Below, one piece after another: positions 23,240 through 36,759 of a stretch of DNA of 64,000 nucleotides. The DNA is from the human T2T-CHM13v2.0 reference genome, Homo sapiens. Position numbers and translations under genes: made by a program. The first letter of the stretch is position 1; the number at the start of each line of letters is the position of its first letter. The notes beneath the pieces were generated by a model that was not told the origin of the DNA, did no database searches, and was given only the letters and a program-made list of their open reading frames with translations. The stretch is from the NCBI RefSeq assembly GCF_009914755.1, contig NC_060934.1. One strand, 5' to 3'.

Positions 23240-24191
23240 CTATATTGAGAGAAAACAATATGTTATAATAATTTTAATTTGGAAGTTTCTTTCACATGAG
23301 GCAACAGACTTACATTTAAACATGAAGATAATTTTGGCAGAGTCATAAATATTGGATTTAACAAGAAATTTTGGAATTTGTAATATCCTTATATCTTTGT
23401 CTTTAGGAATAATTCTAAGGGCTTTCAAAGGTCTCCCAAAAAATTTCTATTAAAATGCTATCTTCACCAGAAATATTTGTCAGAAATTTCTTTTCTATAA
23501 TTTAGTAAAAGCTTCCCGGTTTTCATCTTATACAAGAATCTGAGAAAAATGATTGAATAATAGTAAACATTGGCTTTTTGGTTTTTTTAATCCATTGCTT
23601 TAAAATGGGTATCCAGTGCTTGGTATTCAAACACTGACTTTTGATTTCTTCTAGCAATGAAATACCAATTTTTTCATTGTTTGTCTTGGCATTCTTTGAA
23701 CTTGTATCCTTTGTTAAATGTAAATATCCAAGTTTCTTACATTTTGTTGTTGTAGAGCCTTCTCTACAATATCTATACACAGATCTTCAAGGAATAATTT
23801 TAAAGTTTTGTGTTTCATTGTATATTATTCAAGTCTGATTGTGGCTATTTGCAAACACTTTTATATCTGATTAACCTCATCTAAAAATTTTGTGCCATAA
23901 AAAAATTCAAAAAATATTGCTTACATCTATGATTGTTTGTCTTGAATCCACTGTTTAAATGCAGGAATGCGTAAGTGATGGAGTTGGTTGCCCAGAAACT
24001 TCAAACAATTATCATCTGTTATGAGCTTACTTTCAAAACAAATGCATATAGTTTAATTCCATGGGTCAGAGGCTAACAGTATAACTGGAAATTCTCCAAA
24101 TTAACTTCCATGTAGTAGTATGCAAAGCTATTAAAGGATTAGTAATGTAAATTTACTAATTAGAAGCTTATGTAAGTGTATTAAAACTCAA

Positions 24192-24308
24192 TAGGTGATG
24201 AAAATATTCTAAATTTAGATTATGATGATGGCTACACAACTCTGTGAATATACTACAAATCATTTTATTGTACACTTTATATAGGTCACTTTTATGGTAT
24301 GTGAATTA
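24192..24308 (+). mobile_element. L1MB-type 3' fragment inside fossil exon D
   Basis: ggtgatgaaaatattcta...actctgtgaatatacta...tgtacacttta...ttatggtatgtgaatta. Confidence 0.7.
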
Positions 24309-25345
24309 AGGTAAAAAACCTTAAGAGGAACTGCAGTGATTATTTAGAACTTAAATCAGTAATATATTTTGGGGGATAGGAGTATGTCATCACTGGCATT
24401 CTGTAGAATTACTGAAAGATTTATATTATTCTTAAATTCCCTACAATAAGCCCACTATGGTCTGCACCAGGGCAAACAGCACCTATATCCTTACAACCTT
24501 GGCACACTGCTGGATCAATTAGTGTATTCATAATTCTATGTAATGTAATTATTATTAAATTCTACTCCATTAGGCTTAAACTCAGAGCAAGGATCCAAAC
24601 ATATGCCATATCTATTATGACTGCCCAAATGCTAAACCACAGTAATCCAGGGGATTGTGGAATCCAGCACTAAATGACGTATTCAGGAATGACCTGGCAG
24701 TATCCCTGCTTCCAATACTGAATTTTCTGTCTTGCAGTTTCTTATCTGTTTCTGTCTTTCTCCCCCTCACTCTTTCTCTCCTTCTTCCTTTCCTCTCTCC
24801 AGCGTTCTATGTTAGAAATATCTGAAAATTATTCTGAGAGGCTTAATGTTCTTAAACCTGCCAGTTGCCTGAGACTTTTTAACACCAGCTGAATACGGTG
24901 ATCTTTCTTTGCTAAGGTGCAAAGGCTACAGCAGCTGTGTAGTTAAAACACCTACATTTATACTAATTCCACCTCCTTTTCCTACACAGGCAGGAGAAAT
25001 TTTAATCCAGATACCAAAAGTTTGCTTTGTTTTGAGGTGGGCGGGATGTTAATGTTAAGATGTGACTTAGTTGTTTCCCATTCCCTGCCAAGGTGGTGGG
25101 CTGGGGAGAGTTCAGAAATTAACAACAGAGCAATCACTTATGTAAGCACATCCTTTATGGGATGTTTCTGTCAAAACCCAGAAATTGTGGCTCTCCTTTC
25201 CATTTCTAATCAATTGCCCTCTCCCCACTCCCTATTCCAAACAGCACAGTCTCCTGTAGCAAGCAAAAGGGCCTCGCCCAAAGTCTTAAGCCTTTTCTCC
25301 CGGTCAAATATGCTTTCTGTCCACTTTTTCCCAGGAAGCTGTATT

Positions 25346-25653
25346 CTTTTTTTTTTTTTTTTTTTTTGAGATGGAGTCTCACACTGTCGCCCGGGCAGGA
25401 GTGCAGTGGCGCGATCTCGGCTCACTGCAACCTCCGTCTCCTCCTCCTGGGTTCAAGTGATTCTCCTGCCTCAGCCTCCTGAGTAGCTGGACTACAGGCG
25501 CATGCCACAATGCCTAGCTAATTTTTTGTATTTTTAGTAGAGATGGGGTTTCACTGTATTGGCCAGGCTGGTCTTGAACTCCTGACCTCGTGATCCACCT
25601 GCCTTGGCCTCCCAAAGTGCTGGGATTACAGGCGTGAGCCACCAAGCTTGGCC
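25346..25653 (-). mobile_element. Alu inside fossil exon D
   Basis: Reverse Alu; TSD ggaagctgtattctttt. Confidence 0.92.
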
Positions 25654-25709
25654 GGAAGCTGTATTCTTTTTACTTTCAAGTTTCACAAAGTGTGCTGACA
25701 CTCTAATTT

Positions 25710-25813
25710 TCTTTTCTTTTCTTTTAATTTTAAGTTCCTAGATACATGTGCAAGACATGCAGGTTTGTTACATAGGTAAATGTGTGCCATGGTAGTTTAC
25801 TGCACCTATCGAC
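25710..25813 (-). mobile_element. Short L1PA 3'-end insertion inside fossil exon D
   Basis: tacatgtgca...caggtttgttacataggt...gtgccatggt; TSD-like ctctaattttc / ctctcattttc. Confidence 0.75.
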
Positions 25814-26100
25814 CCTCTCATTTTCAATCTCTTCTCACTTTTTCCATTTTCTGATCTCCTGACAGAGTATGTCCCTTTTCCCTAGGACACCAATGGATGG
25901 AGCCCTTGGACAAATAAAAGCCCAAGAGACAGACACACAACATGGACAGGCTCACTGAGTTGAGGGTCACTCATCTGTTCTCCCTACAATAAAGGAATAA
26001 GCAACATTTCTTGGCCTGACTTTCCAGGGCTTACCAGGGTAGACAGTGAATGCCAAATCCCACCCTCTGAGAGATCAACTATCCTCAAAATAGGATTTGG

Positions 26101-26103
<3 letters not shown>

Positions 26104-26148
<45 letters not shown>

Positions 26149-26149
26149 A
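26104..26149. repeat. (TG)n microsatellite
   Basis: About 20 TG units. Confidence 0.95.
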
Positions 26150-26369
26150 GCATATATATTTTGAAAAAGCATATAATAGTGCAGTGGAAGGCAGTACAGT
26201 GCCCTGGCTAATAGCATGGCCATTAGTGTGGTCACTGACAGGCTATGGGATCTCATAAGATTATTTTTTCTCTTTAAACTTCAGTTTCTGTATATGTAAA
26301 ATGAGGCTAATAAAATATCTCCTTCATTGGAAGGTGGACTTTTTTCTGGTATTTCAATGTTTATGAATT

Positions 26370-26775
26370 GTCTTACTTCATTTTCTGTTGCTTTTAACAG
26401 AAAACCTCAAATGAAGTAATTTATAAAGACAAGGAATTTATTTCTTACAATTATGGAGCCTGGGAAGTCCCAGGTTGAGGGGCCACATCTGGTGAGAGCC
26501 TTCTTGCTGGTGGGGACACTCTGAAAACTCCCAAGAGAGTGTAGTATATCACATGGTGAGAAGGCTGAGACTGCTAAGATGCTCATGCCCTCTTCTTATA
26601 AAGCCACCAGTCTCACTCCCATGATAACCCATTAATCCATGAATGAATCAATCCATTCATGAAGGAAAAGCCCTCATGATCCAATCATCTCTTAAAGCCC
26701 AGCTTCTCAATACTGCCCCACTGGGGATCAAATTTCAACATGGGTTTTGGAGAGGACAAATATTCAAATCATAGC
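26370..26775 (+). mobile_element. MaLR LTR (MST/MLT1A-like)
   Basis: gaatttatttcttac...ccacatctggtgag...aatttcaacatg...attcaaatcatagca. Confidence 0.75.
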
Positions 26776-26830
26776 AATGAAATTGGAATTATCTTACAAT
26801 CTGAGCTGTTTTACATTATTTGTATACTAG

Positions 26831-27385
26831 TGTGATGGCTAATATTAAGTGTCAACTTGACTCTATTGAAGGATGCAAAGTATTGCTTCTGGGTGTGTCT
26901 GTGAGGGTGTTGCCAGAGGAGATTAACATTTGAGTCAATGGACTGGGAGAGGAAGATCCACCCTCAATGTGGGTGGGCGCCGTCCAATCTGCTGCCAGTG
27001 TGACTAGAAAAAGCAGGTGGAAGAAGGTGGAATACGCTGTCTTGCTGAGTCTTCCGGCTTTCATCTTTCTCCCATGCTGGATGCTTTCTGCCTTTGAACA
27101 TCAGACTCCAGGTTCTTCAGCCTTTGAACTCTTGTACTTACACCACTGGTTTGCCAGGGGCTCTCTGGTCTTCAGCCACAGATTGAAGGCTGCGCTGTTG
27201 GCTTCCCTACTTTTGAGGCTTTGGAACTCAAACTGAGCCACTCTTGGCTTCCTCGCGCCTCAGCTTGCAGATGGCTTATCATGGAACTTCACCTTGTGAT
27301 CGTGTGAGTCAATTCTCCTTAATAAACTCCCTTTTATATATACATATATCCTGTTAGTTCTGTCCTTCTGGAGAACTCTAATACT
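26831..27385 (+). mobile_element. ERVL LTR (MLT2)
   Basis: tgtgatggctaatatt..gtgtcaacttgac...gagggtgttgccagaggagattaacatttgagtca...gagaactctaatac. Confidence 0.85.
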
Positions 27386-27744
27386 ACTAGTAACTACCTG
27401 CTAGGGTTTTTGTGAGGCTTCAAGGTGATAGTGACTGTAAAATGCACTTCACTGCTAGGGATTCTCCAGTGACAGATGTTTTCTCTTCAAGAAAGTAGGG
27501 GAAATATATTAGAATCTGTGAGAACATGAGATTTTATTTATATTAGTAGGCCATTGGTTTGTGTATGTGTGTGTATTTCTTTTGCCCACAAATTTTCAAC
27601 TTGGGCAGAGGTCAGCTGTCTCAGCTGACCTCTACCCCAAGAGGTAACAGCCTGGGCAGCTTGAATAGGACTGGAGGATCTGCTTCCAAGAAAGCTTACC
27701 CATGTGTTGGGTGTGGTGTTTTCTACATGTTTAAATTTTAATAT

Positions 27745-28970
27745 TTATTTTATTGAGGTATAGTTTATATATAAGTCCAACTTAAAATGTGCATTTCAAT
27801 GATTTTTTAGTAAATTTATCCAGTACAACCATTACCACCATCCATCCAGTTTTGAAACATCTACACCACCCCAAAAAGTTATTTTGTGCGTTTTTGTAGT
27901 TAATCCCCACTTTTATTCCCAAGCCTAGGCAAACACTGATCTGCTTTATTTGGGTCTTTATAAATTTGCCTTTGCTGGGCATTTCATATAAATGAAATCA
28001 TACAATATGTAGGTCTTTTGCATCTGGCTTTTTTTTTCACTTGGTGTAATGTTTTTGATGTTCATCCATGTTTTAACATGCGTCAGTAATTTGTCCTTTT
28101 TATTGCTTAATAATATCCCATTGTGTAGATATACCACATTCGATTTATCTATTCACCAGTTAATTGACATTTGGGTTATGTTCAGTTTTTATCTATTGAT
28201 GAAATAATCAGCTATGAATATTCATGTGCATAGTATTTGTGTAGAAATATGTTTTATTTCTCATTGATAGGTTCCTAAGTGTGAAATTGTTGAGTCATAT
28301 GGTTACATTTTGGTTTAGCTTTTGTATATATGTGTTTTGTTTGTTTTTGAGATAAGGTACTTGATATGTTGCTCAGGCTGGTCTCAAATTCCTGGCCTCA
28401 AGCAATCCTTCTGCCTCAGCCTCCCAATTAGCTGGGATTACAGGTGCATGACACCACACCCAGCTTATGTTTAACTTTTAAAGAAGTTGCCAAAGTGTTT
28501 TTCCAAAGTTGTTGTACTTACATTTTGTATTCCCACCAGCAGTGGATAAGGGTTCCAGTTTTTCCACATCCTCTCCAACATTTGTCTGTCTTTTTAATGA
28601 CATTTTTTTTTTAATTGTAGCAAAACAGCACATAACAAAATGTACCACCTTGACCATTTCTAAGTGTACAGCTCAGTCGTGGTAAGTATAGTCACATTGT
28701 TATGCAACCAGTATCCAGAACTTTTTCATCTTGCAAAACTGAAACTCTATACCGATTAAACAACTCCCCATGCCCTGCCGTGACCCTTAGACCCTGGAAA
28801 CCACCATTGTACTTCCTGTTTCTGTGAATTTGACTACTCCAGAAACCTCATATAAGTGGAATAATACAGACTAAGTCATTCTGTGGCCAGTTTATTTCAT
28901 TTAGCATAATGTCCTCAAAATTCATCCATGGTGCATCCTATGTCAGAATTTCCTTCCTGTTTAAGGCTAA
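27745..28970 (-). mobile_element. Two L1MB 3' fragments with a nested Alu monomer
   Basis: Reverse L1MB 3'UTR motifs. Confidence 0.75.
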
Positions 28971-29171
28971 AGACACAGATTTTTAAAGGATAAGGAATGC
29001 TGTATTTATCATCCTTGGGGTTTAGTAAAGTCTCTCACTCCTGGCTGCAGGGGAATGGGAAAGTAATGGGAAAGGAAGGAGAAGGATTTGGGAGAAAGTT
29101 TCCAAAAAGTAGAAAGGCATACAGGAAGGAATTAGGAACACATATTGTATCCCTAGGGTGAGCCCAACCAC

Positions 29172-29463
29172 CGAACTTCCTGTGTCAGTAAAGTGTAAAT
29201 ATCTTTCTGCCTTTTCACAAGATTATATTATACAGTATATATAAAGGTCTTCCTAAGCCAGCTGGCTTTGGAGTCCCCATCACTCTTAATTGATTATAAA
29301 GTTGGCTTTGCATTTAGTGCCTGTAATTAGATTCTGTGAGGCATTGCAGAAAAGTACAACCAACCATGATTCAGAGCACTTGGAAATAGGTTTGTTAAAG
29401 AGCTGTGTCATGTAGACTTGTTTAACAATGTTTATAGCATTAACATGTTTATTACTGTTTAAT
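29172..29463 (-). pseudogene. Fossil exon C
   Basis: LNSNKHVNAINIVKQVYMTQLFNKPISKCSESWLVVLFCNASQNLIT...SCEKAERYLHFTDTGSS|GTGGTT; both splice sites are weak; ends in phase 0. Confidence 0.45.
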
Positions 29464-29576
29464 CTCAGGAGTAAAATTACAAACATCAATCTCAGTAAAT
29501 GACAATATATTGTTCTAGATTACTTAAAAAGTTAAGAGAGTGAGGTGCTCATTTATTGCTTTAAAGTATAGTCTTG

Positions 29577-29871
29577 CAGGGAGCGGTGGCTCATGCCTGT
29601 AATCCCAGCACTTTGGGAGGCCGAGGCAGGCAGATCACGAGGTCAGGAGATCAAGACCATCCTGGCTAACACAGTGAAACCTCGTCTCTACTAAAAATAC
29701 AAAAAATTAGCCAGGTATTGTGGCATGCGCCTGTAGTTCCAGCTACTTGGGAGGCTGAGGCAAGAGAATCACTTGAACCCGGTAGGCAAGGTGGCAGTCA
29801 GCCGAGACCGCACCACTCACTCCAGCCTGGGCTACAGAGCGATACTCCATCTCAAAAAAAAAAAAAAAAAA
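29577..29871 (+). mobile_element. Alu
   Basis: Alu consensus with A tail. Confidence 0.9.
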
Positions 29872-30073
29872 GAATAATGTTTACTTTTAGATGGCATATC
29901 AGCTGCAAAATGTGCAATTGTTATAATATAGAACTAAATTGATTAGAGCAATACAGTCAAAAGACTCCATCCAGAATATTTATATCATAGCCTAAAATGA
30001 CAATTCATATCAAAGAAGAAAGGAACTAAATTTCTAAACATGCTTGTGAAGGGTCACAAGATAGGAGAAAGCT

Positions 30074-30422
<349 letters not shown>

Positions 30423-30569
30423 TGGAGAAAACTGTTAAATGGAATTGTAAAAAAGAAAAAAATATATATCTGAGAAGAAGGAACCCTGAAAAAGAGTAAA
30501 ACACATCTATTATGGGAATAAAATTCTCTCTACATGTAACTTTCTGCTCTAGGATTACCACTGCCTTAA

Positions 30570-31199
<630 letters not shown>

Positions 31200-31729
31200 T
31201 AATGTGGAATTCAAGAACAATAATAGCTCCCATTTTTCTGAACAAGCTCCATGTTCCCCATATTGTGCTAAGTGCATTACACATTACCTTCTGTTTCCGT
31301 TGATCATACATGGTAGGTCTATTAAACTAATTTTTATATGAGGAAGCTCACCCAAGTCCATTCAGATACTTTAGAAAAACAGACACATACTGAACTGCTC
31401 CAGTTACAGCTGGGGATGAGAGGGAACGGGCCACATCCACATTTCTGCCCTCACCACAACCTTGTCCCAGCTCCCACAACCCGGTCCTAACTTCCGGGGT
31501 CTTTGTTGAAATCCCCCTCTGCCTCAGAGTGGCCCATCAAGAGCCTGTCCACTGGGTGCTTTGCTGAAGAATGGGGGGATGCAGCTGCCCTGTTTAAGAA
31601 GGGGTCTAACTTCCCAGGGCCCCTCAGAACGTTATGAAAATAAATTATGACTAAATAGAACCACAGAGGGATTTTTTTTTCTCGTACTTCATTAATCAAA
31701 GAAAGAAAAAATGTTTAAACACTCTTCTG

Positions 31730-33420
31730 CTTGCTCTTTGGTGCTCACAATTGGTTTTATTGTTAATGAAGAAAAATGGGCTACAAAATGGACAGGATCA
31801 GTCTTGAAAGAAATGCAGGTCTTAGAAGGATACACATAACAGAAACTGCCTTGAAGGAAGCACAGGTCACTCCTGAGAAGTTCATGGTTGGCTCCACCAC
31901 TGTTGAGGCTGTCTGCTCTTTGCCCTTCCCAAGTGGTGGTTCTAATCTAATTTCAAACAGAGACTCATTCAACACTGGGTTTGAACCCTGTGGAGATTTG
32001 TGGGGGACAAGGAAGTTCATATATCAACCACAGGTACCACCCTGGGAATGGTCCCCCTGAAATCTTACGGCCTGTAGCAGGACAGAATTGGGGATGTGGG
32101 GGTCACATAATGCCAAAACCTGTGAGACAACAATCCAGACAGCTGTTCAAAATAAGACACATGAAGAATGCTTGTCCTACATGTGTGCCAAACACCGGTT
32201 CTGAGCCATTCATTCCCAGCTCTCCTGATTGGGCTCTACCTCCTGATGATTCTGGTGTTACAGTTGGTGGGACCACCCAATCACAAAAGGAATAGGCCCT
32301 GTTGTATATGAAGACCTCAGTGGCCTATAAGCTCAGAACTGCCCCCAGGACAAAAGAGAGTTCTCACCAGCCCAAATAAAGCACCCAAAGGTCAAAAAAG
32401 GTGGGGACATTGGATGGGGTGGCCCTCCCCAGAAACCACTCCTGGACAGCAAAGCCTCAACAACACAAGGAGAAAACAAAAAAGAGCGCTTCCTGTATTT
32501 GCAAAGACAAACACTTCTTCATTGAGTGAAGGAGAGGCAAAATTGGCAATTGGCCGGCAGTCCCCAGCAGTACCTGAGAAATGAGGTCACTTTTGTTCCA
32601 GAGAGGGCAGCCTTGTCTTGGCATCTCCTGCAGCGGAGCCAGGCTGCACTGGCCTCACTCCGCCAGGGCCAAGCTCATGGACCATAGCCCCGGGACTTCT
32701 GGTAGATGTCCTGCTCCACTATGTCACCTCCACCAGGAATGCCTGAATCTTTTCACCAAACCCTTCTTTTCACTCTACTCTCTTTGAAATTTCTGACTGA
32801 ATCCGTGTGTCAACTCCTTCCTTCAACGTCTTCATAAATTGCCCGATTGCCGACTGTTGCTTTGACTCTGCCTCCAGATCTGCCTTGGTCAGCAGCACAC
32901 CCAGGGAGCTCTTCATCCGCCTCTTCCACTTGGCCAGTGATCCTCTCCAAAGACTTCTCCAAATCTGCCCCTCTTTCTCTGGACCATCTTTCTCTGGACC
33001 ATCTCCCCCCACCCCCGCCTCCACACCCCATCGTGACCCGGGAACCACTCTGTATTCCGTGCGCTGACAACTCCTGCTGCCTGCTCCGTATCCTGCAGAG
33101 ACTTCTTAAATCTGAGCTTCTGACGGCTGCAAGATCCCTGTGGCCTCTTCCGTAAGCTGGGCCGGGTGTGGGAGAACTGGGTTGCTGCAGCCCTGCTGCG
33201 GGGTGACAGGAGGCCCAGGCTTCGCATTGCTGTGGGTGACGGTCATATGGATCCCGGCTCCTGCGGCGTCCTCGCTCCTTCCCTGGCCTCCCGGAGCGGG
33301 GCAGGTGACGAGTCAGCCCTGGCGAACCGAGGCTGGGAGGGGTCGAACAGGCCTGGGCGGGGGCTCCCGGGACGCGGTCCTGGCCTGGCCGTTGGATAAG
33401 CTGCTTGGGCCTGCGCTCCC
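31730..33420 (-). pseudogene. Processed pseudogene (retrocopy) of BAG1
   Basis: Intronless and frameshifted. MTVTHSNAKPGPPVTPQQGCSNPV..AQLTEEATG..QKLRFK.KSLQDTE..LSAHGIQSGSRV matches the BAG1 UBL domain; DLEKSLERITGQVEEADEELPG..DLEAE..IGQFMKTL..KIQAFL..DIVEQDI..LALAE* (TGA at 32657-32655) matches the BAG domain. The downstream sequence resembles the BAG1 3'UTR as I recall it; AATAAA at 31761-31756. Confidence 0.88.
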
Positions 33421-33470
33421 TGTGCCTCCAGCCAATCGGGGTTTCTAAAAAGTGACTCACGCTGTCCTGA
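33040..33470. promoter_or_regulatory. Orphan CpG-rich island at the 5' end of the BAG1 retrocopy, with CCAAT and AP-1 motifs
   Basis: High CpG density; GCCAATC at 33431-33437; TGACTCA at 33453-33459; GGGCGG at ~33355. Confidence 0.55.
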
Positions 33471-33690
33471 GGCACAGCCAGGGTGGAGAATTTCTACTTT
33501 ACAGATGCTGGGGCTGGGAGATTTTGAGATCTTCTTTCCTTTCTTATTTGGTCGGATGGAATGACGGAAACAGCATCCCTGAGATGGAAGCTACATACAG
33601 ACAGATAGGGCTGTCCTCAAAAAGAATCCCCAAGAAAGAAAGTGACGGTGATGAGGCCTGAGGGTTCAAATCCCAATGAGGACAGAATTG
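33461..33690 (-). pseudogene. Fossil exon A, 3' part (resumes after the L1MB)
   Basis: One frame gives LSFLGILFEDSPICLYVASISGMLFPSF; the segment ends at AGC|GTGAGT (GT at 33460-33459). Confidence 0.5.
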
Positions 33691-33699
33691 ACTTTAACA

Positions 33700-35662
33700 A
33701 AAGTTTTATTGAGATATAATTACATACCTTAAAGCTTAGTAAGTGTACAATTCAATGGTTTTAAGTGTGTTTAAGGAATTCTGCAATCGTCACCATAATC
33801 TAATTTTTGAACAATTTTATCATCCCCCAAAGAAACCCCGTACCCATGAGCAGTCATTCATTCTCCCCCAAACCTCCCTGCTCCCAGCCCTTAGCAAATA
33901 CAAATTTACTTTTCATCTCTATAGGTTTGCCTGTTCTGGACGTTTTATATAAGTGAGGTTATACAATATGTAATCTTTTTTGACTGGCTGCTTTCACTTA
34001 GCATAATGGTTTGGGCTTTGTTTTTTTGGGTTTTTGGAGTTGGGGTGACTATGTTGCCCAGCAATCCTCCCGCCTCAGCCTCTGGAGTAACTGGGACTAT
34101 GAGCATGTGCCATTCCTCCCAGCAGCATTGTGGTTTTTAGGTTCATCCATGTTGTAGCACAGCAGTCTCCAACCTTTTCGGCACCAGGGACCAGTTTCAT
34201 GGAAGACAAATTTTCCACGGATGATGGGGTGGTGGTTTCGGGATGATTCAAGTGCATTACATTTATTTTGCACTTTATTTGTATTATTATTACATTGTAA
34301 TATATAATGAAATAATTATACAACTCACCACAATGTAGAATCAGTGGGAGCCTTGAGCTCATTTGCCTGCTACTAGGTGGTCCCATCTGGGGGTGATGGG
34401 AGACAGTGACAGATCATCAGGCATTAGATTCTCATAAAGAGCATGCAACCAAGATCCTTCAGATGTACAGTTCACAATAGGGTTCATGCTCTTATGAGAA
34501 TCTACTGCTGTGACTGATCTGACAGGAGGCGGAGCTCAGGTGGTAATGAGAGCCATGGGGAGTGGCTGTGAATACAGATGAACATTCACTCACTTGCCCA
34601 CCACTCATCTTCTGCTGTGTGTCCCAGTTCCTAACAGGCCACAGACTGGTTGGGGATCCCTGTTATAGCATATTTCAGTACTTTATGCCTTTTTGTTGCT
34701 GAATAATATTCAATAGTTTAGATATACCATGTTTTGTTTTTCCATTCACCAATTGATGGACATTTGGGTTGTTTACACTTTTTGGTTATTACAAATAATG
34801 TTGCTGGGAATATTCATGTGCAAGCTTTTGCATCGATATATGTTCTCATTTCTCTTGGGTGGCTACCTAGAAGTAGAACTGCTGGGTCATATGGAAACTT
34901 CATTTTTAACATACTGAGGAACTGCCAAACTGTTTTCCAAAGTTACTACACCATTTTTCATTCTCACCAACAATGTATGAGGGATCCAATGCCTCCACAT
35001 CCTTTCCAACACTTGATATTGTCTATCTTTTTGAGTACAGCCATCCAGTGAGCGTGAAGTTTTATCTCGTTGATTTGCATTTCTTCATTGACTAATGATG
35101 AGCATGTTTTCATGTGCTTATCATCCATCTGTATATCTTTGAAGAAATATTCATTTGAATCTATTGCCTATTTTTAAATTGGGTTATTTATCTTTATTTT
35201 ATTGAGTTATAAGAGTTGTTTACATATTCTAGATACAAGTCCCTTATCAGATGTGTGATTCACAAATATTTTCTACAAGTTTGTGGGTTGTCTTTTTCCT
35301 TCCTCCCCTTCTTTCTTCCCTTCCCTTCCCTTCCCTTCCTTTGCATTCCTTCCTTTCTTTCTTGGTCTCACTCTGTCACCCAGGCTGGAAGTACAGTGGC
35401 ACAATCATGGCTCACTGCATCCTTGATCTCCCAAGCTCAAGCAATCCTCCCGCTGCAGCCTCTTGAGTGGCTAGCTGAGACTACAGGCACATACTACTGC
35501 CATGCCTGGCTATTTTTTAATTTTTAGTAGAGACAAGGTCTTGCTATGTTGCCCAGGCTGGTCTTGAACTCCTCAGCTCAAGCAATCCTCCTGCCTAGGC
35601 CTCCCAAAGTGTTGGGATTGTAGGTATAAGCCACCACACTCGGTCCTTTTCACTTTCTTGAT
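33700..35662 (-). mobile_element. L1MB with nested MER1, an Alu fragment and an AluJ (~35300-35645)
   Basis: ttttattgagatataattt...cccccaaagaaaccccgtaccca L1MB 3' end, continuing to cactttcttgat. Confidence 0.82.
34160..34662. mobile_element. MER1A-like hAT-Charlie DNA transposon
   Basis: cagcagtctccaacc...ggttggggatccctg termini; 8-bp TSD ttgtagca / ttatagca. Confidence 0.85.
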
Positions 35663-35667
35663 GAGAA

Positions 35668-36207
35668 CCAATCTTTAATAGTTTTGTAGTATGTTTTTTC
35701 CAAATAATTCTTATAAATTTGTCATGCCACTGTAGTTCATTATGTATGTTGATGTTCTCAGTTTCCATATTGTTACTTATATTAAATGCCTTCTAAAGAG
35801 TCTCAAAGTAAAGGTGTCTGTGAATTTAGAGAAAGGATGTGAGAAGAAGAAATAGGAAACCTGTTATAGGTTTCCAAGAGGGTCCAGGATAAAAATGGGG
35901 GAAATTGGGGGCTTGGTGTTGGGGGAGAAGCAGACAATGGAGATGCAGAGCCAATACTAGGGTGGGGAAAGGGATATTCATAATCTTAGGTAGGGTTAAC
36001 ACTAGTCACAATCTCCACCTCTCTTGTGCAATTGGCCTGTATTTTTTGGCCAGTACTACATGCTCAATATAACACCTTTTATTCCATCAACTCTGATGAA
36101 ATGAGAGAAGATTTAGGGGTTTCCCAAATATCTATGGTTTCTCAGATATGCGCTTGCAACTGTAATATGCTGTCTCTAATAAAATCATTAAGATTGAGAC
36201 AGAAAAT
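35668..36207 (-). pseudogene. Fossil exon A, 5' part (cut by an L1MB insertion)
   Basis: Acceptor TTTAATTTTCTAG|; one frame reads IFCLNLNDFIRDSILQLQAHI*ETIDIWE...PPFLSWTLLETYNRFPISSSHILSLNSQTPLL*DSLEGI*YK*...TTVA*QIYKNYLEKT. Confidence 0.62.
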
Positions 36208-36759
36208 CTAGAAAATTAAACGAAATATTCCTACAGGTAGCAACCATGATTAAAAGGGTAAAAGATAGGACCTAGATGGAGAGTTTAAAGCACTGGAAGA
36301 CAAGGAGGAAAGGAGAAAAATAACATTATTGGGTACTTATTCTGAACTCAGTGCTTTATATAGTCTGTTGTTTTCATCTTCTACCCCACTTTATAGAATT
36401 GGTATTATTGCCATCATATAATTTAAGAAAAAAACTAAGAACTGGAGTGGTTAAGAAACTTGCCCAAAGACATACAGCTAATTAGCAATAGAAACAGGAT
36501 ACAAATCTATGTTTTTATTCCAAGGTTATACTCTTTCCACTGCATTAAATTAGCTATTATAAAACAGGATTATTTTCATTAAGTTGTCTAATTTTGTTGT
36601 ATGTTGCCTTAACTGCTAACTCTGTGTGGTAAGCAGTCAATTTGTAGGCACTCTTATTTATTCTGCTTCATCTCTGTCACAAGACTCACTTCTACACTTC
36701 CTTCCTCCTGCGTAGGCTACAATTTCCTTCTCTAAAGAGAATCCTTTCTGTACCCTGGA

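Larger units (their letters stand above)
23314..25983 (-). pseudogene. Fossil exon D (large; interrupted by an L1PA 3' fragment, an Alu and an L1MB fragment)
   Basis: Strong acceptor CTTATTCCTTTATTGTAG|GGA. Segments read [32 protein letters not shown]..., KLITDDNCLKFLGNQLHHLRIPAFKQWIQ...AIFFEFFYGTKFLDEVNQI...KLFLEDLCIDIVEKALQQQ, SLLEEIKSQCLNTKHWIPILKQWIKK and LQIPKFLVKSNIYDSAKIIFMFK; donor AAT|GTAAGT. The frame in 24.3-24.9 kb is unclear. Confidence 0.65.

Noticed and set aside
23881-23924. Apparent 44-nt GT-AG intron on the minus strand
   Set aside because: Too short, and the frame reads straight through it (AIFFEFFYGTKFLDEV), so it was treated as exon interior.
32810-33475. 221-aa minus-strand ORF as a novel protein
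   Set aside because: Mosaic of in-frame and out-of-frame BAG1 retrocopy sequence with a non-ATG start.
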